DNA of 63,857 nt, the filler included, from Sphingomonadaceae bacterium (GTDB taxonomy: Bacteria; Chloroflexota; UBA6077), in NCBI GenBank assembly GCA_050261575.1. It is 8 parts of 8 records of this genome, joined end to end, with 100 filler letters (N's around TTAATTAATTAA, not from the genome) between each part and the next. Parts side by side here need not be neighbours in the genome. Positions count along the whole stretch, not along the records: positions 1 to 15,385 come from JBLNDL010000007.1; 7 more parts are not named here. One strand, written 5' to 3'. The notes under the pieces were generated by a model. That model was not told the DNA's origin, ran no database searches, and was given only the letters and a program-made list of their open reading frames with translations. Below are positions 1-9,296 of this stretch, one piece after another. A program made the position numbers and the translations under genes. Within the stretch, counting starts at the first letter, position 1. Every line of letters begins with the position of its first letter.

Positions 1-20
1 GGGGGGGGGGGGGGGGGGGG

Positions 21-559
21 CGCCGGCCGCGCAACTGGGGGTGGCCATCCATCAGGAATGGGACCAGTGGTGAAGCCAAGATGCCGGTGGCGATCCCCGC
101 CTCACCCAAGGGACGGAGGACCCCCAATCGCTGCTCCGCCCGCGGACCTTCCGGCTCCCACAGCGCCAGCATCTCCGGATCCACCGTCGGCAGCCGCATC
201 AGGACGGTCGCGGACGACCTGCTCGCGATGCGTGCCAGCAGCGGCAGGTCCCGCAACACCGAGTCCGATTCGGTGACGACGAGGGCCGAGAGACCGCGCT
301 CCAGCAGCGCCTCGAGCCGTTGCCGGGTCCGCCTGCACTGCTCCTCCGATGGGTCGTACGGGTCCTTGCCCCTTACCGGCGCGATGATCCCCGTTGCCGG
401 CCCGTGGTCCCGACCGAGCACCAATTCCGACTCGGTCTGGCGCGGGCACACGGGCGTGAGGGCGCCGTCACGCATCCAGATTCGGGCGGGTTCTCGCCGG
501 TCGCAGTAGGCGCAACTCCCGTTGCAGCGATAGCTGTACGCACTCTCGGTTGGCTGCGT
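21..559 (-). pseudogene. Degenerate SplB/Rv2578c-like radical SAM gene, truncated by the window start, no canonical start codon
   Basis: Manual minus-strand translation is open from 559 to 21: YRCNGSCAYC (CxxxCxxC), KDPYDPSE, RTRQRLEALL, VVTESDSVLRDLPLL, WEPEGP. GGAGG at 571-567 is followed 7 nt later by ACG instead of ATG; an in-frame TGA lies just upstream. Absent from the ORF track. Confidence 0.7.
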
Positions 560-577
560 AGTCCTGCCTCCGGTTCA

Positions 578-647
578 AAGCAGGTATCTCTAGATAGAGT
601 ACACGTTTCCCGCCAGGATAGTTGGCATGAACTAGAGATACCTGCTT
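578..647. repeat. Perfect 16-bp inverted repeat around a 38-bp segment
   Basis: AAGCAGGTATCTCTAG (578-593) and CTAGAGATACCTGCTT (632-647). Confidence 0.9.
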
Positions 648-831
648 AGGTGTCGAGGATGTCGAGGGGCGGAACGGGCAGTCGGCGGCCTCGTTGCGCC
701 GGCCCGGCCCCGGGCCCGCGCAACCCTACCACCGGCACCCATCCCCGTCAATAGCCGGACGACGTTCGAACCCTTTTCCCTGTGTTCCATCGGTGGCATA
801 ATCTGAAGTCGACACATCTCAAGGGGGGTCT

Positions 832-1218
832 ATGCCGACAAAGCCATCGAAAGAACTCATCGCCCTGCCTAACCCGCATCCGGACAGGGACTACGACGTG
901 GAGTTCTCCACCAGCGAGTTCACCTGCGTTTGCCCGATGACGGGGCAGCCCGATTTCGCCACCCTCAAGATCAGCTTCGTTCCCGACCAGCACATAGTGG
1001 AGCTGAAGAGTCTGAAGCTCTACCTCTGGTCCTTCCGGCAGGAGGGGCACTTCCACGAGGACGTCACCAACCTGATTCTGAACGACCTGGTGGCGGCCAT
1101 CAAGCCTCGGCGGATGACTGTTGTGGGGGAGTTCAACATCCGTGGGGGCATCGGGACCGTGGTGCGCGCCAGCTACCCGTTCCGGGTGAACGGCGAGCTA
1201 GCCAGACCGAGGGACTAG
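832..1218 (+). CDS. queF: NADPH-dependent preQ0 reductase QueF (short type)
   Basis: EFTCVCPMTGQPDFA, ELKSLKLYL, FHE and RGGI motifs. Confidence 0.95.
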   Translation: MPTKPSKELIALPNPHPDRDYDVEFSTSEFTCVCPMTGQPDFATLKISFVPDQHIVELKSLKLYLWSFRQEGHFHEDVTNLILNDLVAAIKPRRMTVVGEFNIRGGIGTVVRASYPFRVNGELARPRD

Positions 1219-1227
1219 GAGGATCAT

Positions 1228-1902
1228 TTGAGGTCCAGTCCGTGGTTTACCGGTATCGTCGCCGCATTCGTCACCACGCTGGTGGTGAGCAACATCGTCG
1301 CCGTCAAGTTGGTGGACGTCGGCGGCCTGGTGGTGCCCGCTGCTGTGGCGGTCTTCCCGGTTAGCTACATCTTCGCAGACGTTCTCACCGAGGTGTACGG
1401 GTACGCCCATGCTCGGCGCGCTATCTGGCTGGGATTTGCCTGCAACCTGCTGGCGGTGACCGCGATCTGGGTAGCCATGGCGCTGCCGTCGGCCTCCTTC
1501 TGGGCCCCAAACCAGCCTGCCTTCGAGACTATCCTGGGCTCCACCCCACGGCTGCTCTTCGCCAGCTTCCTCGCCTACCTGGTGGGCGAGTTCGCCAACG
1601 CGGCCATCCTTGCTCGGATGAAGCTGCTGACGAGGGGTCGCTTCCTCTGGACCCGCACCATCGGCTCGACCCTGGTGGGAGAGGGTCTGGACTCGGCCGT
1701 GTTCATCACGGTCGCGTTTGTGGGCATCATGCCGATGGAGGCTCTGCCGATCGCCATTGTGACCCAGTGGCTGTTCAAGGTGACCTACGAGGTGGCCGCG
1801 ACGCCCCTGACCTACCTGGTGGTGAACTGGCTGAAGAGGGTCGAAGGGGTGGACGCCTTCGACAGGGACACGAAGCTGAGCCCCTTCGCGTTCGGCCGGT
1901 AG
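1228..1902 (+). CDS. yhhQ: Queuosine precursor transporter (YhhQ/Vut_1 family)
   Basis: Hydrophobic; SNIVAVK, DVLTEVYGY, RTIGSTLVGEGLDS; follows queF. Confidence 0.9.
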   Translation: MRSSPWFTGIVAAFVTTLVVSNIVAVKLVDVGGLVVPAAVAVFPVSYIFADVLTEVYGYAHARRAIWLGFACNLLAVTAIWVAMALPSASFWAPNQPAFETILGSTPRLLFASFLAYLVGEFANAAILARMKLLTRGRFLWTRTIGSTLVGEGLDSAVFITVAFVGIMPMEALPIAIVTQWLFKVTYEVAATPLTYLVVNWLKRVEGVDAFDRDTKLSPFAFGR

Positions 1903-1927
1903 GGCGGAGAGGCAAGCCTCTCCTGGA

Positions 1928-2037
1928 GGGAGAGGCCGCCCGAAGGGCGGGTGAGGGCTCTCTCGACAGCGATGCCGTGGCCCTCACCCCGTGAACGTGC
2001 CCGCGGGCACGTTCACGCCTCGCCCTTTGGGAGATGG
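1928..2037. repeat. REP-like element (GGGTGAGGG / CCCTCACCC arms) containing a perfect 28-bp palindrome; possible bidirectional terminator
   Basis: CGTGAACGTGCCCGCGGGCACGTTCACG at 1990-2017, between convergent genes. Confidence 0.7.
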
Positions 2038-2045
2038 AGCCTCGA

Positions 2046-3770
2046 TTATCTCGCCTGCCTCACCGTTAACGTCCTCAGACGGTTGATGGCCGCGGCTACC
2101 TCCTGCGGTCGCGGCAGGGCGTAGTCGCCGGGGTGTCGCTCGCCCCGGAATGGGGAGATCACCCCCAGACCGTGGGTGGAGATGTTCCCGTAGATGCGAT
2201 CCAGCAGTTGCCGCAGGGTGGAGCGGTTGTCCAGGTATCCCCGGTTCAGGGCGTAGAGCAACATGTTGGCGATGGCCACGCTCTGGGAGGGATCCACGAG
2301 CTGCTCCACGTCGTCGAGGTCGATATTCTCCTGCCCGAACTGTATGTTCTCCATTCCCCGGGCCCTCACCTTCACCCGGTCGCCCTTGTAGGGATTGAGG
2401 CTCTCGGCCAGAGGGATCCTGGGGATCAGCTTCCCGAACCCGCCCGGCGCCTCGGGGATCCGACGGCTGGGGTCCTCGGCTGCGATGCTGTGGGCGCGAT
2501 CGGTTACCAGGTGGGGCAGGTAGTTCTCCATGAAGATCACCTGATCTGCCACGTCGAAGTAATCGCCGGAGCCGCCGATCACCAGGATCGTCGAGACGTC
2601 GTGCTCGCGCAGGAGGTTTCGCACCTGGTCGATGAAGGGGGTGATCGGCTCCTTCTCCTTGGGGACCAGCTTCTGCATCCTCTCGTCGCGGATCATGAAG
2701 TTGGTGGCGCAGGTATCCTCGTCCATCATCAGCAGCCGGCTTCCGGCCTCCAGCGCCTCGACGATGTTGGTCGCCTGGGAGGTGCTGCCGCTGGCGCTAT
2801 CGGTGGAGAAGGCCGAGGTGTCCTTCTGGAAGGGCAGGTTGGAGATGAATGGGCTGATATCCACCTTCTCCACCCGACGTCCGTCCTCCGCCCGGATCTT
2901 CACCGCGTCGGCCCGGCTCACCACGTACTCCCGACCGTCGCCCGGGACGTGGTTGTACACCCCCATCTCCAGGGCAGAGAGGAGGGTGGACTTGCCGTGA
3001 TAGCCTCCGCCGACGATCAGGGTCACCCCCTTGGGAATCCCCATCCCCACCACCTTGCCCCGATTGGGGGCCGAAAGCTCCACGCGCAGCTCCGGCGGCG
3101 AGACGAACTTCACTGCGCGGTCCGCCGGCATCGGCCTGGGGCTGACGCCGCTCTCCCTCGGCAGGACCGACCCATCTGCGACGAAGGCCACCAGCCCTCG
3201 ACCTTCCAACTGGTCCCGCAGTGCCTGGGCGTCCTCGGCCACCGTCACGTGGCGGCGCACCCCGTCCGCATCGAGGGAGGCGTAGTACAGGGCCGCTTTC
3301 ACCAGTTGGGGGATCTCCTGGTAGAACATTGCGTGAGCCTCGTGGGCCAGTACGGTGCGACCCGCCGCGGGCAGCCCCGCTGAGAAGCGCACCTCCACGA
3401 ACTGGCTGTTCACGACGCAGGCGGTCCGCTCCAGGATCTCCTGGCCACCCACGTCCACTGCCACCATTCCCGATTTGCCGGTGCCCCGATTCCCCTTGAC
3501 GTAGCGCCGAATGGCCGCAGCGAACCGGCGGGCGACGTAGTCCTCCAGTGCCACCCGCCGCACTGGGGATGCGTACAACTCGGGCGGGAAGCCGGCCAGC
3601 TTCTGGGGTACCCGTACCCGCAGCATGGAGGGGGAGGCGAATGGGTCCCCCTGCACGTGGTCGATGTAGAGGGCGTAGCCGGGGAAGTCGTAGCTTCCGG
3701 CCAGATCCTTGTAAGCCGGATAGCCCCTCCGGTCTATCTGTAGAAGCCTTTGCTCCAGGCTGAGTCTCAT
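2046..3770 (-). CDS. ABC-class ATPase domain protein (COG3044-like)
   Basis: HVQGDPFASPS, Walker A GGGYHGKST, RAEDGR, DEDTCATNFMIRD. Confidence 0.85.
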   Translation of the reverse strand: MRLSLEQRLLQIDRRGYPAYKDLAGSYDFPGYALYIDHVQGDPFASPSMLRVRVPQKLAGFPPELYASPVRRVALEDYVARRFAAAIRRYVKGNRGTGKSGMVAVDVGGQEILERTACVVNSQFVEVRFSAGLPAAGRTVLAHEAHAMFYQEIPQLVKAALYYASLDADGVRRHVTVAEDAQALRDQLEGRGLVAFVADGSVLPRESGVSPRPMPADRAVKFVSPPELRVELSAPNRGKVVGMGIPKGVTLIVGGGYHGKSTLLSALEMGVYNHVPGDGREYVVSRADAVKIRAEDGRRVEKVDISPFISNLPFQKDTSAFSTDSASGSTSQATNIVEALEAGSRLLMMDEDTCATNFMIRDERMQKLVPKEKEPITPFIDQVRNLLREHDVSTILVIGGSGDYFDVADQVIFMENYLPHLVTDRAHSIAAEDPSRRIPEAPGGFGKLIPRIPLAESLNPYKGDRVKVRARGMENIQFGQENIDLDDVEQLVDPSQSVAIANMLLYALNRGYLDNRSTLRQLLDRIYGNISTHGLGVISPFRGERHPGDYALPRPQEVAAAINRLRTLTVRQAR

Positions 3771-5833
3771 CTAATCCTTACCTTCATCTCCAGGGTATCC
3801 GCGCCCTTAGTGGAGAACCAGGCGAAGTTCTCCCACACCAGGTCCAACTGCAAGGTGTAGACACCTGCTGTGGAGGGGGCAGCGAACTCCACCAGTGTCG
3901 CTTCTTCATCGCCGGGTTGCAGCTCCCGGGGCAACGGACTGTGCAACTCGGGGGCTCCTACCGCCTGCCCTGAGGCGTCTAGCCACCTGTAGCCCACCCT
4001 CACCGGTGTGTACCCCTCGCATGGCCACACCAGGTTGCCTTCGTTGCGGAGGACGATAGACGCCTTCAGCCGCTGGCCCGGTGCCATCTCCTCCGGTATC
4101 GCGGCCTCTAGCCACCGAACGTTGTACTGAGGCGGCTCGCCTATCCGGTATACCTTCAGTGTGGGACCTGGTCGGTCCCTCTCCAGCACCGTCCAGATCG
4201 GGGTGATCTCGTCGTCCATCAGGAAGGGCAGCTCTATCCCCTCGTCCGTGGGGAAGAACTGGGCCACCACCGGAAAGCGCTGGTCAAGCTGCTGGTAGTA
4301 CTCGATTGGCCCCCGATGGGCGACCGGATCCAGGTTGTAGCGTCCGTAGACATATGAGCTGGCGATCAGGTAGTCGAAGCCCTCCCGACTGTAGTGTTCC
4401 AGGGAATCGCTCCTGAGGCTGGAGGGCTGGGCCAGCGAGTATTCGATCTGCTTCGGGCCCGTCCGGCGCCCGCGGCTATCGACGAAGGAGTAGCCCTCGG
4501 CGGCCAGCTTGCTGCCGGGCGGCACGTTCTCCTCGATCCACCTGCCAAGCTGCAGCCGCGTGTCCTCGCGCCCCAGCAGGTAGTTGTGCTTCAGATCCAG
4601 CACCAGGGGCTGGATGGACAGCAGCAGCACGGCCGCTACGGCGGCCCATCGTCGCCAAACCGGTGAGGGGAGCGAATGGGCCAGCGCGGCTATCCCGTAG
4701 GCCGCCGCCAGGGTGACGAAGGGGGTCAGCGGGATGGCGAAGCGGGCGTAGAAGAGGCTGGATCCGAAGAGGAAGAAGGCTAGATAGGCCAGGGGGAAGG
4801 CGCCAACCACCACCGCCGCCCGGGGGTGCTGGATGGCCATGATGCCGATGCCGAGCGCCGAGAGCGGCACCAGGATCGGGCTGGTGCCGGTGGCCAACGC
4901 CCTCCAGATCACCAGCCCGATTGAGCTATCGGTGGTGTTGTAGGGATCCCAGGCCCACCCGTACTGGCCGGCGAAACCCTGCAGGAAGGCGGGGTAATCC
5001 AGGAGCGAGAAGGGGTTCGCCAGGAAGAAGGCGAGGAGCGAAATGAACCCTGCTCCCACGATGGGAATGTGGGTGGAGAGCCGCAGCACCTCTCCTGGCT
5101 TCCTGGACCTGGAAAGGTGCGCGGCCACCAGGAAGACTGCACCCAGACCGACGTTGTACTTGGTCGCCACGGCCAGGCCGAGGAAGAGCCCGCCCAGAAG
5201 GTAGTCCCGCAGGCGAATCGGGGCGTGTTCCCAGCCGCCGGCCCCTATGGCTGGACGGTAGGGCGCAGGGCCCTGCCCTTTGAGAACGACGCGGCCAGAG
5301 AGGGAGGGCTTGAGAATGCGGGTGGCGAAGTAGAAGGAGACCATCAGCCACAACGTGGCGGGAACGTCGTTTACCACGTAGTGGGAGTCTCGCACGTGAA
5401 GGAACGCCACGGCCAGCAGCATGGCGGCCGCGAGGCCGGTGGCTCGACCGAACAGGTGCCGGCCGGCCATGTAGATCAGCAGCACCGTGGCGCTACCCAT
5501 GAGGGCGCTGTTCATACGGGCCAGCAGGTAGAGGGGTGTCGGCGAGACCAGCATCTGGTGCCCGATGTCGGCCGCAGACTGGAGGACGCCGAGCACCCGG
5601 CCGACCTGCAGGTAGAGCAGCAGCTCCGCCAGCACGGTGTAGGTGAGCAGGGGTGGGTTGTTGAAGTAGTGGGGGTTCAGATCCCCCTTCAGCAGCATGC
5701 CGATCGCCCCCGGCAGGTAGTTGGCTTCGTCGGCATGGAAGGCGTAGGGCATGCCCCATCCCAGCCCCCAGAGCCTCAATCCAAGGGCGAGGGCCAGGAT
5801 CGCGGCGAGGGGGACGATAGTCCCGAGTCTCAT
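3767..5833 (-). CDS. GT-C (PMT/ArnT-like) membrane glycosyltransferase with C-terminal Ig-like domain
   Basis: HADE, NPHYFNNPPL, ATKYN, many TM segments; C-terminal LRNEGNLVWP...GVYTLQLDLV; start overlaps the flippase stop (ATGA). Confidence 0.8.
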   Translation of the reverse strand: MRLGTIVPLAAILALALGLRLWGLGWGMPYAFHADEANYLPGAIGMLLKGDLNPHYFNNPPLLTYTVLAELLLYLQVGRVLGVLQSAADIGHQMLVSPTPLYLLARMNSALMGSATVLLIYMAGRHLFGRATGLAAAMLLAVAFLHVRDSHYVVNDVPATLWLMVSFYFATRILKPSLSGRVVLKGQGPAPYRPAIGAGGWEHAPIRLRDYLLGGLFLGLAVATKYNVGLGAVFLVAAHLSRSRKPGEVLRLSTHIPIVGAGFISLLAFFLANPFSLLDYPAFLQGFAGQYGWAWDPYNTTDSSIGLVIWRALATGTSPILVPLSALGIGIMAIQHPRAAVVVGAFPLAYLAFFLFGSSLFYARFAIPLTPFVTLAAAYGIAALAHSLPSPVWRRWAAVAAVLLLSIQPLVLDLKHNYLLGREDTRLQLGRWIEENVPPGSKLAAEGYSFVDSRGRRTGPKQIEYSLAQPSSLRSDSLEHYSREGFDYLIASSYVYGRYNLDPVAHRGPIEYYQQLDQRFPVVAQFFPTDEGIELPFLMDDEITPIWTVLERDRPGPTLKVYRIGEPPQYNVRWLEAAIPEEMAPGQRLKASIVLRNEGNLVWPCEGYTPVRVGYRWLDASGQAVGAPELHSPLPRELQPGDEEATLVEFAAPSTAGVYTLQLDLVWENFAWFSTKGADTLEMKVRIR

Positions 5834-7464
5834 CGTCGTAGCAACTTCTCCAGCATCGTGCGTTCCTCCCGGTCGAAGCTGCGGAGAGCGAGCAGGGCCG
5901 CGGCGTAGATGGGCGGGGCCAGGGCGATGGCGAGTGGAAGGCTCCAATCACCTAACATCCACACCTCCAGCCCCATGATCGCCGATGCGGTGAGCGGGCG
6001 CCAGGCGAGGCGTGCCAGCGGGATGGGTGGGAGGTGGCGTCGAACGCAGTGCCAGAAGGGTATCATCAACACCCACTCGGAGGCAACGGTGGTGATCGCC
6101 GCACCCAGGTAGCCCAGCACCGGAATCAGCAGCAGGTTCGTAACAGTGTTGAACAAGGTGGCGATCAGGAAGCTGAGGGTGATGAAGCGCTGCCGGTCGA
6201 TGGCTATCAGCAGATACTGGGTCGCGCCGTTGACGAAGCTGAAGGGCAGGAACCAGATCAGCACCTGGAGGGCCAGGGCCGCGTGGGGCAGGTAGTCGGG
6301 CCCCGCGAACAGCAGGATGATCTCCGGGGCGATCAGGGTGGTGCCGACGCTGATCGGCAGACTCACCACGAGCAGCAGCTTGAGGGCGAGCCCGAAGGCC
6401 CTGGTCAGGCTATCGCGGGAGGACCGGGCGTACTGGGAGAGCAGCGGGAAGAGGGCCAGGGTGAAGCTGGAGGAAATGATACCCAGCCCGTCGATGAACT
6501 TGTAGGCGGTGCTGTACCATCCCAGGGCCACCGCCCCAGCCATCGGCAGCAGCATCAGGCTGTCCACCCGGAAGAATACCGAGTTGAGCAGGTTGTTCAG
6601 CATCAGGGGGTAGGAGGTGCACAGCAGCTTCCAGCAGAAGCGCAGATCGAGATTCGCAGCCGAGGACTGAGGATTGGGGCCCGAGTAGGCTTGAGTGCTG
6701 AGCGCTGAGTCCCGAGCAGCAGCCGTCTTCGCAGTACCCAGGACGCAGGACGCAGAACTCGAGGTGTCCTCAGCCCTCAGTCGTGTGCGTTCAGCCCTGA
6801 GCAATGCTGCCAGCATCCCCACCGTGGCGAGGTTGACGACCACCGAGACACCGGCCAGGCCGACGAAACCCCAGCCGGCCATCAGCGCCACCACCTGCAG
6901 GCCGATCTTGAGAAGGGTGGTGAACACTGAGACCGAGGCCGGGTACTCGAACAGCTCGTATGCCTGGAAGAGCGAGCTGAGGGTCGAGGCCACAAGGGAG
7001 GGTAGGAGCCCGGCGGTGAGGAGCAGGATCGCCAGCCCTACCTCCGGGGTGATCCCCATCGACCCAGCCGCCGGCCCCAGCAGCAGCGCCACCACTGGAA
7101 GCACCGCGGTCCACAGCGCCACCCGGAGGACCAGAGTATTGCCCAGGTAGAGGTTGCTGGCAGCACGGTCCCTGGCTACCTCTCGAGTGAGGAGGGTTCC
7201 CAATCCGAAGTTGGCCAGGATGTCCAGGTAGCCCAGCACTACCACGGCGAAGGAGTAGCTGCCTACCCCCTCGGCGCCCAGTACCCTGAACATGTAGACG
7301 GCGAATCCCATGTCCAGCAGTTTGTTGAGGAAGGATGTGGCCATGGGGAACAGGGAGTTCTTCGCGACTTGCTGGAGGGGGGAGTCCCCGCCTCTCGGGC
7401 GGTAGCGGAGCAGGGCGGTGGCAGCCAGCGCCGTCACCACGACGCTGGCTGCTAGCAGGGCCAC
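5830..7464 (-). CDS. Wzx/MATE-like oligosaccharide flippase (start uncertain)
   Basis: LANFGLGTLLTREVA, RVDSLML, GWYSTAYK, NLLLIP..GYLGAAITT; about 14 TM segments. Confidence 0.85.
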   Translation of the reverse strand: MALLAASVVVTALAATALLRYRPRGGDSPLQQVAKNSLFPMATSFLNKLLDMGFAVYMFRVLGAEGVGSYSFAVVVLGYLDILANFGLGTLLTREVARDRAASNLYLGNTLVLRVALWTAVLPVVALLLGPAAGSMGITPEVGLAILLLTAGLLPSLVASTLSSLFQAYELFEYPASVSVFTTLLKIGLQVVALMAGWGFVGLAGVSVVVNLATVGMLAALLRAERTRLRAEDTSSSASCVLGTAKTAAARDSALSTQAYSGPNPQSSAANLDLRFCWKLLCTSYPLMLNNLLNSVFFRVDSLMLLPMAGAVALGWYSTAYKFIDGLGIISSSFTLALFPLLSQYARSSRDSLTRAFGLALKLLLVVSLPISVGTTLIAPEIILLFAGPDYLPHAALALQVLIWFLPFSFVNGATQYLLIAIDRQRFITLSFLIATLFNTVTNLLLIPVLGYLGAAITTVASEWVLMIPFWHCVRRHLPPIPLARLAWRPLTASAIMGLEVWMLGDWSLPLAIALAPPIYAAALLALRSFDREERTMLEKLLRR

Positions 7465-7495
7465 GAAGAGGGTCTGTCGAGAAGAGAGTTGGATA

Positions 7496-9013
7496 TTACC
7501 CCTCCGCTCTTCTTCTGATGAAATCCAGGAGCAGGCGGGCGCCGAAGCCGGTCGGCCCTTTGGGGATGTAGGACTTGGGCAGGGAGGGCTGGTCCGAGCC
7601 CACCCAGGCGGTGCCGGCGATGTCCAGGTGCGCCCACTTGGCATTCCCGACGAACTGCGAGAGGAAGAGCCCTCCGATGGGCGAGGAGCCGTAGCGGCCA
7701 CCCGAGTTCTTGATGTCGGCGAAGTCGCTGCGGACCTGCTCCCACAGGTAGTCCTCCCAGATGGGCAGGGGCCACAGCCTCTCGCCGGTTCGATCTCCGG
7801 CCTCCCGGAGCTGCTGCAGCAGGGCGTCGTCGTTCCCCATGACTCCCGCGCCGCCCGTCCCCAGCGCCACCACCACGCCACCCGTCAGGGTGGCGATGTC
7901 CACCAGGGGGTCCGCCCCCTGCCTGGCGGCGTGGGCCAGGGCGTCGGCCAGCACGAGCCGGCCCTCTGCATCGGTGCTTATCACCTCGATGCTCTTGCCG
8001 TTCGATGCTCTCACTATGTCGCCAGGTCGGTAGGCACGGCCGCTCGGCAGGTTCTCTGCCGCGGCGATCACCCCCAGGACGTTGGCTTTCACCTCCAGTT
8101 CGGCCAGCCCCTGCATCGTCCCCAACACGGCGGCGGCCCCCGCCTTGTCGTACTTCATTCGATCCATGTCCTGCGCGGGCTTGATGGATATGCCGCCGCT
8201 GTCGAAGGTGATCCCCTTGCCGACTATGCCGAGCAGCCGCTGGCTGCCCGGGTCGCCTTCGTATCTCAGCAGGGCCATGCAGGGTGGATGGTCGCTACCT
8301 TTGCCCACGGCCAGGATGGCCCCCATGCCCAGACTCTCCATCTCCTCGGGGCCCAACAGCTCGCACCTCATGCCGTACCGGTCGGCCAGCTCCTGGGCCC
8401 TCTCCGCGACGTACTCGGGTGTCACCAGGTTGGGTGGACCAGCGGCCAGATCCCTGGCGGTGGTCGTCGCGCCCGCGTACACCCGGCCCAGACCGATCCC
8501 TTCCTCGATGGAGGGAACCTTGCCCGCGTCCCTCTCGATGAAGGTCACCCGCTCCACGGATGGTGGCTGCTTCTCGCTCTTGAACTGCCTGTACCCGTAG
8601 GAGGCGAGGAGGGTGCCCTCCACGATGGCCTGGACGCAGTCCGTCGCCGGGAACCCTGCGATACCCGCTCCGTGGACGATGGTGTGGAAGCTGGTGATGC
8701 TCAACTCCTGGGCCCTCTTGAGGAGACTGCCCGAGACCCTGCGGATCACGTCCAGGTCGAACTTCTCCCTGGGGCCCAACCCTACCACGGCGACTCGAGC
8801 GGCTGGAAGCCTCCCCTGGGTGTGGAGGAGCGCCACTTCGTCCAATTGCCCTTTGATCTCCCCCTCGGCGATCAAACGGGAGATCAACCCGCCGAGCGCC
8901 CCATCGACCGCTCCGGTGGCGCCGCCGGGTACGGTCACTCCTTCGAACAGGTTCACGGCCAGCAGCGGCGTTTGAACCTCGGTTACCGATCCCTGCTGAA
9001 CCAGGATGTCCAT
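7496..9013 (-). CDS. pepA: Leucyl aminopeptidase (M17)
   Basis: VGKGITFDSGG, MKYDKAGAA, STDAEGRLVLAD, WAHLDIAG. Confidence 0.95.
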   Translation of the reverse strand: MDILVQQGSVTEVQTPLLAVNLFEGVTVPGGATGAVDGALGGLISRLIAEGEIKGQLDEVALLHTQGRLPAARVAVVGLGPREKFDLDVIRRVSGSLLKRAQELSITSFHTIVHGAGIAGFPATDCVQAIVEGTLLASYGYRQFKSEKQPPSVERVTFIERDAGKVPSIEEGIGLGRVYAGATTTARDLAAGPPNLVTPEYVAERAQELADRYGMRCELLGPEEMESLGMGAILAVGKGSDHPPCMALLRYEGDPGSQRLLGIVGKGITFDSGGISIKPAQDMDRMKYDKAGAAAVLGTMQGLAELEVKANVLGVIAAAENLPSGRAYRPGDIVRASNGKSIEVISTDAEGRLVLADALAHAARQGADPLVDIATLTGGVVVALGTGGAGVMGNDDALLQQLREAGDRTGERLWPLPIWEDYLWEQVRSDFADIKNSGGRYGSSPIGGLFLSQFVGNAKWAHLDIAGTAWVGSDQPSLPKSYIPKGPTGFGARLLLDFIRRRAEG

Positions 9014-9192
9014 GGCAAATGCTCCCTCTTGGCTGTGAGCTATCAGCCGTCAGCGATTGGGCGTCCCGACACGGCAGTCCGTCTGCCGATCTCGAGGGCG
9101 CATGCGCGTGTCCTCACGTTCACCGACATGGATCACGATACTACATCTGGCGGTACCAGGAAAGCACGGCAGATGGCCCGACGTTCACGGAG

Positions 9193-9283
9193 CCCGGGTT
9201 GGGACAACCCAGGCGGCCTATCGTGTCGACTTCGGGATCGGCGTCCGCGCCGCAGTCCCATCGGGGTTGTCTCAACCCCGGCC
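9193..9283. repeat. Inverted REP-like pair (REPIN-like)
   Basis: CCCGGGTTGGGACAACCC ... GGGGTTGTCTCAACCCCGG. Confidence 0.6.
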
Positions 9284-9296
9284 CCGTGCCTGATAG

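Noticed and set aside
1..20. Poly-G run at the start and low-complexity tail at about 63812-63857
   Set aside because: Typical low-quality contig-end artefacts.
597..610. Possible LexA box inside the inverted repeat upstream of the radical SAM gene
   Set aside because: Best match GTAC-ACGT-TTCC has three mismatches to GAAC-N4-GTTC.
5830..7881. ORF-track N-terminal extensions of flippase, metG, rex, lspA, rluD, cas3 and others
   Set aside because: They overlap upstream genes or promoters. Shorter starts with an RBS, a stop-start overlap or a better family match are more plausible.
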